Below, one piece after another: positions 25,207 to 36,947 of a stretch of 64,000 nucleotides of DNA. Position 1 is the stretch's first letter, and every line of letters begins with the position of its first letter. The stretch comes from Macrostomum hystrix (Eukaryota > Animalia > Platyhelminthes). Made by a program: the position numbers and the translations under genes. Under the pieces are notes generated by a model that was given only the letters and a program-made list of their open reading frames with translations, was not told the DNA's origin and ran no database searches. The DNA is taken from the NCBI GenBank assembly GCA_950097015.1, contig CATNEN010000012.1:2976001-3040000 (forward strand). The letters are read 5' to 3'.

Positions 25207-28200
25207 ATGCAGGTTTCTGACAAGGCTAGCATTTTCTATGCCGACTCCGGCGCAGGAGCGGCTGAGGGCTATCGCCGCCTCTGGTACCGATTCGTAAACG
25301 GGCATTCGCCGTCCAAGACAATCTGCCTGGCTGCAGCAGCTGCTCTCTTCGGGCTCGTCGCCGTAATCTTTGTCTGCCTTTTCGCCGCCTCCAGTCAAGC
25401 CTCGCAGCTGAGGAGCGATGGCCGCGATGGTGCCGGCGACATCTGCCTGACTGTGCCCGACTGTCTGTCGGTGGCGGCCACAGCGGCGCATCGAATGAAC
25501 GTCAGCGCGGAGCCTTGCGTTGATTTCTATGAATTCGCGTGCGGCGGATATGACACCGGGGCGTCTGGACACAGTGGCAATGTCCTGGCAGATATGGAGT
25601 CTGCTGCAAAGAGAATGATGTCTAAGAGTCTGGCTAATACTGGGGCTAATGTTGGGGCTAGACGACCCGGCTGGGCTGTCAAGCTGGGCCAGTTCTATGC
25701 TGGCCAGTTAGATGCGTCGAGAATTTTGACACGTTGAGCTACTCAGCAAATCCGCTGCTGCCGGAGCTGCGAGCGATGGGAATCGGAGAATTCCTACTGG
25801 GTGGCGGCTTCGGCGGCGGGGACGGCAGTGTCAGCGGGGCGTTCGGCGTGGTTAGCGGGCATTTCTATGCGCACTCGCTGTTCGCTGCCCGAGCTGTGTG
25901 GAGCGACTACCTGCACAGGACAGGCGACGACAAGCGGTACATGATCTGGGTGAGGACGAGACTAAAATATCAGAGCAGTATTTGGAATCGAAGCAAGAAA
26001 AGTAGCTAAGGAATCGAAGCAAGAAAAGTCGCTAAGGAATCGAACCAAGAAAAGTAGCTAAGGAATCGAACCAAGAAAAGTAGCTAAAGAATCGAACCAA
26101 GATAAGTAGCTAAGGAATCGAACCAAGAAAAGTAGCTAAGGAATCGAACCTAAAAAAGTAGCTAAGGAATCGAGCCAAGAAAAGTAGCTAAGGAATCGAG
26201 CCAAGAAAAGTAGCTAAGGAATCGAGCCAAGAAAAGTAGCTAAGGATTCGAGCCAAGAAAAGTAGCTAAGGAATCGAACCTAAAAAAGTAGCTAAGGAAT
26301 CGAACCTAAAAAAGTAGCTAAGGAATCGAACCTAAAAAAAGTAGCTAAGGAATCGAACCTAAAAAAGTAGCTAATGAATCGAACCAAGAAAAGTAGCTAA
26401 GGAATCGAACCTAAAAAAGTAGTTAAGGAATCGAACCAAGAAAAGTAGCTAAGGAATCGAACCTAAAAAAGTAGCTAAGGAATCGAACCTAAAAAAGTAG
26501 CTAAGGAATCGAACCTAAAAAAGTAGCTAAGGAATCGAACCTAAAAAAGTAGCTAATGAATCGAACCAAGAAAAGTAGCTAAGGAATCGAACCTAAAAAA
26601 GTAGTTAAGGAATCGAACCAAGAAAAGTAGCTAAGGAATCGAACCTAAAAAAGTAGCTAAGGAATCGAACCGAGAAAAGTAGCTAAGGAATCGAACCAAG
26701 AAAAGTAGCTAAGGAATCGAACCTAAAAAGTAGCTAAGGAATCGAGCCAAGAAAAGTAGCTAAGGAATCGAGCCAAGAAAAGTAGCTAAGGAATCGAGCC
26801 AAGAAAAGTAGCTAAGGAATCGAGCCAAGAAAAGTAGCTAAGGAATCGAGCCAAGAAAAGTAGCTAAGGAATCGAACCTAAAAAAGTAGCTAAGGAATCG
26901 AACCTAAAAAAGTAGCTAAGGAATCGAACCTAAAAAAGTAGCTAATGAATCGAACCAAGAAAAGTAGCTAAGGAATCGAACCAAGAAAAGTAGCTAAGGA
27001 ATCGAACCTAAAAAAGTAGTTAAGGAATCGAACCAAGAAAAGTAGCTAAGGAATCGAACCAAGAAAAGTAGCTAAGGAATCGAACCTAAAAAAGTAGTTA
27101 AGGAATCGAACCTAAAAAAGTAGCTAAGGAATCGAACCGAGAAAAGTAGCTAAGGAATCGAACCAAGAAAAGTAGCTAAGGAATCGAACCTAAAAAGTAG
27201 CTAAGGAATCGAACCTAAAAAAGTAGCTAAGGAATCGAGCCAAGAAAGTAGCTAAGGAAGCGAACCAAGAAAAGTAGCTAAGGAATCGAACCTAAAAAAG
27301 TAGCTAAGGAATCGAGCCGAGAAAAGTAGCTAAGGATTCGAGCCAAGAAAAGTAGCTAAGGAATCGAACCTAAAAAAGTAGCTAAGGAATCGAATCTAAA
27401 AAAGTAGCTAAGGAATCGAACCTAAAAAAGTAGCTAAGGAATCGAACCAAGAAAAGTAGCTAAGGAATCGAACCTAAAAAAGTAGTTAAGGAATCGAACC
27501 GAAAAAAAGTAGCTAAGGAATCGAACCAAGAAAAGTAGCTAAGGAATCGAACCAAGAAAAGTAGCTAAGGAATCGAACCTAAAAAAGTAGCTAAGGAATC
27601 GAGCCAAGAAAAGTAGCTAAGGAATCGAGCCAAGAAAAGTAGCTAAGGAATCGAGCCAAGAAAAGTAGCTAAGGATTCGAGCCAAGAAAAGTAGCTAAGG
27701 AATCGAACCTAAAAAAGTAGCTAAGGAATCGAACCTAAAAAAGTAGCTAAGGAATCGAACCTAAAAAAGTAGCTAATGAATCGAACCAAGAAAAGTAGCT
27801 AAGGAATCGAACCAAGAAAAGTAGCTAAGGAATCGAACCTAAAAAAGTAGTTAAGGAATCGAACCAAGAAAAGTAGCTAAGGAATCGAACCAAGAAAAGT
27901 AGCTAAGGAATCGAACCTAAAAAAGTAGTTAAGGAATCGAACCTAAAAAAGTAGCTAAGGAATCGAACCGAGAAAAGTAGCTAAGGAATCGAACCAAGAA
28001 AAGTAGCTAAGGAATCGAACCTAAAAAGTAGCTAAGGAATCGAACCTAAAAAAGTAGCTAAGGAATCGAGCCAAGAAAAGTAGCTAAGGAAGCGAACCAA
28101 GAAAAGTAGCTAAGGAATCGAACCTAAAAAAGTAGCTAAGGAATCGAGCCGAGAAAAGTAGCTAAGGATTCGAGCCAAGAAAAGTAGCTAAGGAATCGAA

Positions 28201-31200
28201 CCTAAAAAAGTAGCTAAGGAATCGAATCTAAAAAAGTAGCTAAGGAATCGAACCTAAAAAAGTAGCTAAGGAATCGAACCAAGAAAAGTAGCTAAGGAAT
28301 CGAACCTAAAAAAGTAGTTAAGGAATCGAACCGAAAAAAAGTAGCTAAGGAATCGAACCAAGAAAAGTAGCTAAGGAATCGAACCAAGAAAAGTAGCTAA
28401 GGAATCGAACCTAAAAAAGTAGCTAAGGAATCGAGCCAAGAAAAGTAGCTAAGGATTCGAGCCAAGAAAAGTAGCTAAGGAATCGAACCTAAAAAAGTAG
28501 CTAAGGAATCGAACCTAAAAAAGTAGCTAAGGAATCGAACCTAAAAAAGTAGTTAAGGAATCGAACCAAGAAAAGTAGCTAAGGAATCGAACCTAAAAAA
28601 GTAGCTAAGGAATCGAACCTAAAAAAGTAGTTAAGGAATCGAACCAAGAAAAGTAGCTAAGGAATCGAACCTAAAAAAGTAGCTAAGGAATCGAACCGAG
28701 AAAAGTAGCTAAGGAATCGAACCAAGAAAAGTAGCTAAGGAATCGAACCTAAAAAGTAGCTAAGGAATCGAACCTAAAAAAGTAGCTAATGAATCGAACC
28801 AAGAAAAGTAGCTAAGGAATCGAACCAAGAAAAGTAGCTAAGGAATCGAACCAAGAAAAGTAGCTAAGGAATCGAACCGAGAAAAGTAGCTAAGGAATCG
28901 AACCAAGAAAAGTACAAGCGTATCTAAGGAATCGAAGCAAGCGAACCAAAGTCAAAAGTAATCCAAATTATAAGTCCGAAGTTTTTTGACAGGTCGGAAT
29001 GAACTCACGCAGCGAAGTGCTATTTGTTCCTCGGGTAAGCTTTGATGTGTTCTAGCTCGTATTGTTAGTACTTTAATATGTACTTATAAAAATTGCTACC
29101 TATTTTAAGGAAAAGGAATCTTATAGAAGCCTTATCAAGGACGTGGCCGGCATGCTAATCAGGGACGCTGGCAGCAATCAGACGAATCACATAAACATAT
29201 TGAACACTTTTGCTAACGACGTGCTCTATGTTGAAGAACAGGTGCAGTTGGTAAGTCATAGCTTTTTATTACTATTGGAAGTGTGGGAAAATATTACTAA
29301 AGTATTGGAGGCATATTGCAGAAGGAACAGAAAGACAAAGAACAACTGCAGGATGACTGAAGGATGACTGCAGGATGACTGAAGCATGACTGAAGGATGA
29401 CTGCAGGATGGCTGCTGGATGACTGAAGGATGACTGCAGGATGGCTGCTAGATGACTGCAGGATGACTGCAGGATGGCTGCTAGATGACTGCAGGATGGC
29501 TGCAGGATGACTGCAGGATGGCTGCTAGATGACTGCAGGATGGCTGCTGGATGACTGCAGGATGGCTGCTGGATGACTGCAGGATGGCTGTAGGATGTCT
29601 GCTGGATGGCTGCTGGATGGCTGCAGGATGCCTGCTGGATGGCTGCTGGATGGCTGCTGGATGACTGCTGGATGAGTGCAGGATGACTGCAGGATTAATC
29701 AAGGACTAAAGCAACACGCAGCTGTTCGACTAACTTGTTGCAGATTCACGAAAAGGTGCTCCACGATGCCAAGCCGTCCGAGGTGACGGCCGATCACCCG
29801 GCCAACTTAGCCAAGGTGAGCGAACTCACCAACCGGTTATCATCGCACATTGACTTCCGTGCCTATCTGGCTTACATATTCGAGCCAGTAATGAAGATTA
29901 CCAATGAGACACGGGTATTGGTTAGCGACTGGCACTATGTGGACTTGCTCAAGAACTGGTTCGACAGTATGCACAGAAACAGCTCTGTTGAGTTCAAAAG
30001 GTGAGCGAATCGTTATTTTGCGAAAAAAACTAATTTCAGGTAAAGAACTAACAATCATGCTTCGAATATTGCTTATTACATTAGAAACGTATTTTTATTG
30101 AAGAAAAATTCAGAACTATCTCACCTGGACACTTCTGGTCTACTTCCAATGGGATCTGAGCGGTGAATACCGTCTTAAATTCGCCGCCTATCGCCGGATT
30201 ATTTGGCCTAGCGATGGCCTGGCAGCGGACGATTATGGCAACGCTGCAGCTGACTGTCTGGAGACAGTTCGCTGGGGCATGAACCAGGCACTTTCGGCGC
30301 TGTTTGTGCGAAATCACTTTGGACCGGGCGACAAGGAGAGAGTATGCAATTTACAGAATAACCAATCGATAATTTTTTTTAACTCTTAACTAAAAGGAGT
30401 GGGGTGGTTGTGGGTAAGGGGCTCCAGCATGGGGATGGCACGGAGGCTCGGAGTTGAAAAGTCGGAGCACGTGAAAATCTATAATTGGATCGCGTTAGCT
30501 AGTGAGAGGCCGCAGACAGAGTGAGGCTAATCAACAGGCATGAAAGTAAGAGAAGAGGAAAAGCGATAGGCATGGCGTGAGGGAGTGGGGCAGGGGTGCT
30601 AAAATAGAACTCACGAGTGTGGAGTGAGGTGGTGGGGCGGGGTGCTAGAATAGAACTAACAAGTGTGGAGTGAGGTGGTGGGGCGGGGTGCTAGAATAGA
30701 ACTAACAAGTGTGGAGTGAGGTGGTGGGGCGGGGTGCTAGAATAGAACTAACAATTGTGGAGTGAGGTGGTGGGGCGGGGTGCTAGAATAGAACTAACAA
30801 TTGTGGAGTGAGGTGGTGGGGCGGGGTGCTAGAATAGAACTAACAATTGTGGAGTGAGGTGGTGGGGCGGGGTGCTAGAATAGAACTAACAAGTGTGGAG
30901 TGAGGTGGTGGGGCGGGGTGCTAGAATAGAACTAACAAGTGTGGAGTGAGGTGGTGGGGCGGGGTGCTAGAATAGAACTAACAATTGTGGAGTGAGGTGG
31001 TGGGGCGGGGTGCTAGAATAGAACTAACAATTGTGGAGTGAGGTGGTGGGGCGGGGTGCTAGAATAGAACTAACAATTGTGGAGTGAGGTGGTGGGGCGG
31101 GGTGCTAGAATAGAACTAACAATTGTGGAGTGAGGTGGTGGGGCGGGGTGCTAGAATAGAACTAACAAGTGTGGAGTGAGGTGGTGGGGCGGGGTGCTAG

Positions 31201-34200
31201 AATAGAACTAACAATTGTGGAGTGAGGTGGTGGGGCGGGGTGCTAGAATAGAACTAACAATTGTGGAGTGAGGTGGTGGGGCGGGGTGCTAGAATAGAAC
31301 TAACAATTGTGGAGTGAGGTGGTGGGGCAGGGGTGCTAGAATAGAACTAAAAAGTGTGGAGTGAGGTGGTGGGGCAGGGGTGCTAGAATAGAACTAAAAA
31401 GTGTGGAGTGAGGTGGTGGGGCGGGGTGCTAGAATAGAACTAACAATTGTGGAGTGAGGTGGTGGTGTCAAAGGAGGTACTTGGGAATGAGATAAATCAT
31501 GAGATGGATCTGGTGCTCAAGAAAAGTGTTGGCTATAAACAAGTTCTTCTGCTTGTGTAAGATAAAAAAAGCTGTGTTTTCCAACCTGTTGTTGACAATT
31601 TACATAGGCGAACGCATTGTTCGAAAGCATGCGTGCAACCATCAAGAAGGGCGTCGATCAGATTGACTGGATGGACTCCAAGACAAAACGGCGGGCCAAG
31701 CAGCGGTTGGACAGCATTGTAGAGAAATCTGGCTATCCAAATGAGGCTCTGAATGATACTTACCTGGATTCTGAATTCAAGGGAGTGAGGAATTCTCATT
31801 GCTTCTCATTAAATTTTGAGTCACGATGTCATTGATCTAAAAGCTGTGTATCGTTGATCGTTCATTTGTACTGAAACTTGTTAGCTTTGATCCGCAGATC
31901 AATCCGAATGCTGACAGCTACCTCAGCCTCATTATGAGCTGCGTCAACTATTGGAAGCGACAGCAGGCCATGCTGCTCATCAGGCCCTATAACCCGCTGG
32001 ATTTTCGGCACTGGAGCCAGCTGTGGCAGACAAGTCTAGATTATCGGCCGTACGACCAAGAACTGCTGGTTCAGGCGGGCGCCTTGCAGTTGCCGCTGTT
32101 TCCCGCATCGCCAGCGTCACTGAAGGGCCTACCGCAGCTGCTGGCATTCAGCGGCACTGGGAGCCTGATGGCGCACGAGATCTTGCAGGCCTTCGACTTC
32201 AGCAGTGAGTGGCCTTGAAGTCTGTTGGATGATGTCCTTGAAGTCTGTTGGATGATGTCCTTGAAGTCTGAGGGATGATGGCCTTGAAGTCTGAGGGATG
32301 ATGGCCTTGAAGTCTGAGGGATGATGGCCTTGAAGTCTGTGGGATGATGGCCTTGAAGTCTGTTGGATGATGGCCTTGAAGTCTGTTGATGATGGCCTTG
32401 AAGTCTGAGGGATGATGGCCTTGAAGTCTGTTGATGATGGCCTTGAAGTCTGAGGGATGATGGCCTTGAAGTCTGTGGGATGATGGCCTTGAAGTCTGAG
32501 GGATGATGGCCTTGAAGTCTGTGGGATGATGGCCTTGAAGTCTGAGGGATGATGGCCTTGAAGTCTGTGAGGATGATGGCCTTGAAGTCTGAGGGATGAT
32601 GGCCTTGAAGTCTGTGGGATGATGGCCTTGAAGTCTGAGGGATGATGGCCTTGAAGTCTGTGGGATGATGGCCTTGAAGTCTGAGGGATGATGGCCTTGA
32701 AGTCTGTGAGGATGATGGCCTTGAAGTCTGAGGGATGATGGCCTTGAAGTCTGTTGATGATGTCCTTGAAGTCTGTGGGATGATGGCCTTGAAGTCTGTG
32801 GGATGAGGGCCTTGAAGTCTGTGAGGATGATGGCCTTGAAGTCTGTTGATGATGTCCTTGAAGTCTGTGGGATGATGGCCTTGAAGTCTGTGGGATGAGG
32901 GCCTTGAAGTCTGTGAGGATGATGGCCTTGAAGTCTGAGGGATGATGGCCTTGAAGTCTGTGAGGATGATGGCCTTGAAGTCTGTTGATGATGGCCTTGA
33001 AGTCTGTGAGGATGATGGCCTTAAAGTCTGTGAGAATGTTGGCTTTTGAAATTGTGGAAGATCCCTCTGAAAAAATATATCATTGTCATCATTGATCGTC
33101 AGGAGTCAGGAGCCATTGTTGTCATGGTCTCCTCGTAGGTGTAAAAACTACAAAAACAGCTTACTTATTTCTTAGATCATGCGTACGAGGCCAGGCGCAG
33201 TGGTGGCTGGTGGTCAGAAGCGACAGTTGTCGAGTATCACAGACGAGCAAAGTGTGTGTTAAACCTGTGCAAGGTAAAAATACACCTATTTTGACTTGAC
33301 TCGTACGTAACTGCGTTCTACAGCTAGTGTTTTTTTATTTCGAGTCCATGAGCCTTTATTCTGAATCCAAATCTTACCTGCCGAAATGCAAGTCCTATCT
33401 GTCGAAACCCCAGTCCCAACTCTCGAAATCCTAGTACTACCTGTCGAAATCCCAGTCCTATCTCTCGAAACCCCAGACCAATCTGTCGAAACCCCAGTCC
33501 CACCTGTCGAAATCCTAGTACTACCGGTCGAAATCCCAGTCCAATCTGTCGAAACCCCAGTCTCACCTGTCGAAATCCAAGTCCCACCTGTCGAAATCCA
33601 AGTCCCACCTGTCGAAATCCAAGTCCCACCTGTCGAAATCCAAGCCCTACCTGTCGATATCTAAGCCCCACCTGTCGAAATCCAAGTCCCACCTGTCGAA
33701 ATCCAAGTCCCACCTGTCGAAATCCAAGTCCCACCTGTCGAAATCCAAGCCCCACCTGTCGAAATCCCTGTCCTTCCACTTATATTCCTCAACCAAAGCC
33801 ATCCGACTGTCAAAGCCTCAATCTAAGCCGGCCATTGTTGCAGTCAAATTCTCGTCAAATCCGCACCTGTCACCTTGTAAACTTTAGACGCATGCGAAAA
33901 GTGCCCAGCAGATGGTTTTGCATAGCAACTGGACCGCTAGGGAATTAGCTGCGTTGCGCTACGCTCGAGTCGAGTTCGATGCATACAGGCGGACAACTGG
34001 ACAGACGGACAAGAGGCTGCCGCTGATGGGTCGCACGGATGAGCAAATATTTTACATTCTTTACATGCAGGTGAGACAGATCATCATGAATAAAAAACCG
34101 TAAAGCGACCGAAAGCGAATACGCTCGCAGACGAAAAATGAGTAACTATTTCGATCCGCAACTGCGACCCACAGAAATTCTGTCACGCGAGGGGCGCCAA

Positions 34201-34975
34201 CAGCGTGGCTCGCAATACCGGGCGGGGCGCCGGCGACTGGCGACGCGGTCTTGGCGGGGAATTTCAGGAGGCCGGCACCGACTTGGAATACGACAGTGTC
34301 ATCATCCCGGAAAAGACTCTGCAAGTTGCTAAACTGGCACTTTTTTAGGATCTGGGACAGAGTTGGGATCTGGGATGGTGGGCTGTACAACCTGAGGATC
34401 TAGGAGAGTGGCTGTTTAACCAGAGGATCTGGGAGAGTGGCTGTTCAACCTGAGGATCTGGGAGAGTGGCTGTTCAACCTGAGGATCTGGGAGAGTGGCT
34501 GTTCAACCTGAGGATCTGGGAGGTGGCTGTTCAACCTGAAGATCTGGGAGATTGGCTGTTCAACCTGAGGATCTGGGAGAGTGGCTGCTCAACCTGAGGA
34601 TCTGGGAGAGCGGCTGTACAACCTGAGGATCTGGGAGAGTGGCTGTACAACCTGAGGATCTGGGAGAGCGGCTGTACAACCTGAGGATCTGGGAGAGTGG
34701 CTGTACAACCTGAGGATCTGGGAGAGCGGCTGTACAACCTGAGGATCTGGGAGAGTGGCTGTTCAACCAGAGGATCCAGGTGGCCAGTGGTTGTTTAACA
34801 TGGGGATTTAGGGTATCTAGTTGTATCGGTCAGTCTCATATTTCTGCCGCGCTGCATCCGCAGGGCAAACACGGTGCTGATGAATTCGCCCGGATTCTCG
34901 CAAGCTTTCGGGTGCAGGCCGGGCAGCCAGATGAATCCAACAGCCAACAGCTGGACAAGGTGCAGCCTCTATTAA
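25207..34975 (+). CDS. Neprilysin/M13 peptidase-like type II membrane protein, predicted catalytically inactive, about 814 aa; one apparent frameshift near 25735
   Basis: Exons 25207-25949, 28993-29034, 29110-29250, 29744-30000, 30104-30341, 31608-31784, 31898-32204, 33176-33273, 33888-34070, 34175-34320, 34864-34975. N-terminal TM helix; M13 motifs MNVSAEPCVDFYEFACGG, NYLTW, IDWMD..KSGYP, WWSEAT..AKC, FSQAFGCRPGSQMNP. Confidence 0.88.
25980..28940. repeat. 26-27-bp intronic minisatellite (GAATCGAACCAAGAAAAGTAGCTAAG)
   Basis: Fills the first NEP intron; about 830-bp higher-order duplication. Confidence 0.96.
29345..29695. repeat. 12-bp intronic repeat (GACTGCAGGATG)
   Basis: Direct repetition. 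Confidence 0.92.
30590..31465. repeat. 46-bp G-rich intronic minisatellite (GGAGTGAGGTGGTGGGGCGGGGTGCTAGAATAGAACTAACAATTGT)
   Basis: About 19 copies. Confidence 0.95.
32211..33035. repeat. 23-bp intronic minisatellite (GATGATGGCCTTGAAGTCTGAGG)
   Basis: Starts immediately after the GTGAGT donor at 32205. Confidence 0.95.
33365..33780. repeat. 21-bp intronic repeat (CCTGTCGAAATCCAAGTCCCA)
   Basis: Direct repetition. Confidence 0.92.
34345..34780 (+). repeat. 29-bp intronic minisatellite (GGCTGTTCAACCTGAGGATCTGGGAGAGT)
   Basis: Same unit as 41550-43570. Confidence 0.94.
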
Positions 34976-35789
34976 GCGTGTTCGTGAGGCACTACTGATA
35001 GATACTCTCGAGTAGTATGATTTGCACATTGAAATGAAGACCTGTCATTATAAACCAGTCCAAATACTGCTAGATCCGATTTTCAAATAAAATAAACAAA
35101 CGATCAATCATTTGAATTATAATTTATTGGCAATATTGATTTCATTGTTTAAGAATTTAAGATTCTTACGGTGGGTTAGCAAGTAGCCATTATATTTAGT
35201 AGACTTCAGCATAAAAAATTCTTCACTATTTGCTGCAGGAAAAAGGAAAAATTGTTTAACATATCTATAAATATCAAACAGCCGATTAAGCATGATAATG
35301 AGGCGAGCGAAATCATTCTAGTGAAATTGTTTTCAGATAAGTGAAGTAACACAAATAGCATAAAACATTAATTATTTGATAATTATGAATTAATCAAGTA
35401 GTCAATCAAGACAGTGCGCTAATTAAAGACTCGAAAAGATCAGAAAACAAATCATTCTAGTCAGCCGCTTACTAAATTTAGAAACTGCGAAATATAGAAG
35501 CACATTTTGTGTAAAAAATTTGCCCAATAATTTAGAAGACAGCTTGGAGGTAAATAGAGTTGAGAGGGATAAAAAAGTAGGGATTAGCTATGATCATCAC
35601 TTTGCTGCTGCTGCTGCTCCTAGTGGAATGAAATCACGGTGCGGAAAAGCTGAAGGCAGAAAATTTTCATGTGCAGATTGTAAGGACCGGTGTCGAAAAC
35701 AGTTTCTAAAATAGCACAACACCAGTCGATCGACTGGAACACGTGAGCTTTGAATTGAACGTAAACGCTACTGCTTCACGAACTTCGCG

Positions 35790-36260
35790 TACCCACCACT
35801 TCATTTTCTCGCGCTGGGCTACATACCCACCACCTTATTTTCTCTCGATGGGCTGCACCCACCACCCCATTTTCTTTCGCTGGGCTACACCCACCACCTT
35901 ATTTTCTCTCGATGGGCTGCACCCACCACCCCATTTTCTTTCGCTGGGCTACACCCACCACCTTATTTTCTCTCGATGGGCTGCACCCAACACCCCATTT
36001 TCTTTCGCTGGGCTACACCCACCACCTTATTTTCTCTCGATGGGCTGCACCCAACACCCCATTTTCTTTCGCTGGGCTACACCCACCACCTTATTTTCTC
36101 TCGATGGGCTGCACCCACCACCCCATTTTCTTTCGCTGGGCTGCACCCACCACCCCATTTTCTCTCGCTTGGCTACACCCACGACCCCATTTTCTCTCCC
36201 TGGGCCGCACCCACCACCCCATTTTCTGTCCCTGGGCCGCACCCACCACCCTATTTTATT
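35790..36260. repeat. 32-bp (64-bp dimer) intergenic minisatellite
   Basis: CACCCACCACC(TT/CC)ATTTTCT(C/T)TCG(A/C)TGGGCT(G/A) units between the convergent 3' ends of the NEP-like and PNP genes. Confidence 0.92.
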
Positions 36261-36947
36261 TCTCTCGTTTGATCTGCACACACTACCAAGTCTTTAGTAA
36301 TCAGTAGTATTACAATGTACATTAGCAACCGGTAAAAATTGAACTGACAGCATAAACTACAAGCTAACTTATCTAACTAAAAGCGAATAGTCAGTTTAGG
36401 CAACTGTTCAGAAGACAGGCAAAGAACTGATTACAGGAGGACAAACCAGATGATCAAGCGCTAATCGCTAGAAAGTTAACAGTGTAATGTTTATAGTTAC
36501 TAAATGGGAAGACAGAAATAGCTAGATCGCCAGACGCTGCGTTAATAGAGAAAGAAGAAAATGAAAACAATAACAAGTTTCACTCATCAAGACTTGGGTG
36601 TAAAACCAAAAAACACGTGCACATCAATAAAGCGGGAAAAAGGTTCACTCCAACAAGGCCAAGCTGCCTAAGCCAAGCACAATTGTGTGGTAGCAAAACA
36701 GATAATTGGGTATCATTTAGAATTCGGTATCCTTCAGTATTGATCCCTTCGAATTGTGGTACAAAAAACGATTAGACGGACATGCACAAAACACAAAAAT
36801 TGTTTATTAATGGCATCGAGCGTATTGAAAACAAGCAGCAAGGGAGCACCACTGGTGGATAACATCTGGGCAATAAAAAGCCGGCTGTATATACTACCAA
36901 CAGTTTAGAGTAGTCAGCGGTGCGCAGTTAAAACCTATTCTCCGCTC

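Noticed and set aside
16690-28940. CRISPR-like arrays
   Set aside because: Units are contiguous with no unique spacers, no cas genes are present, and the context is eukaryotic and spliced.
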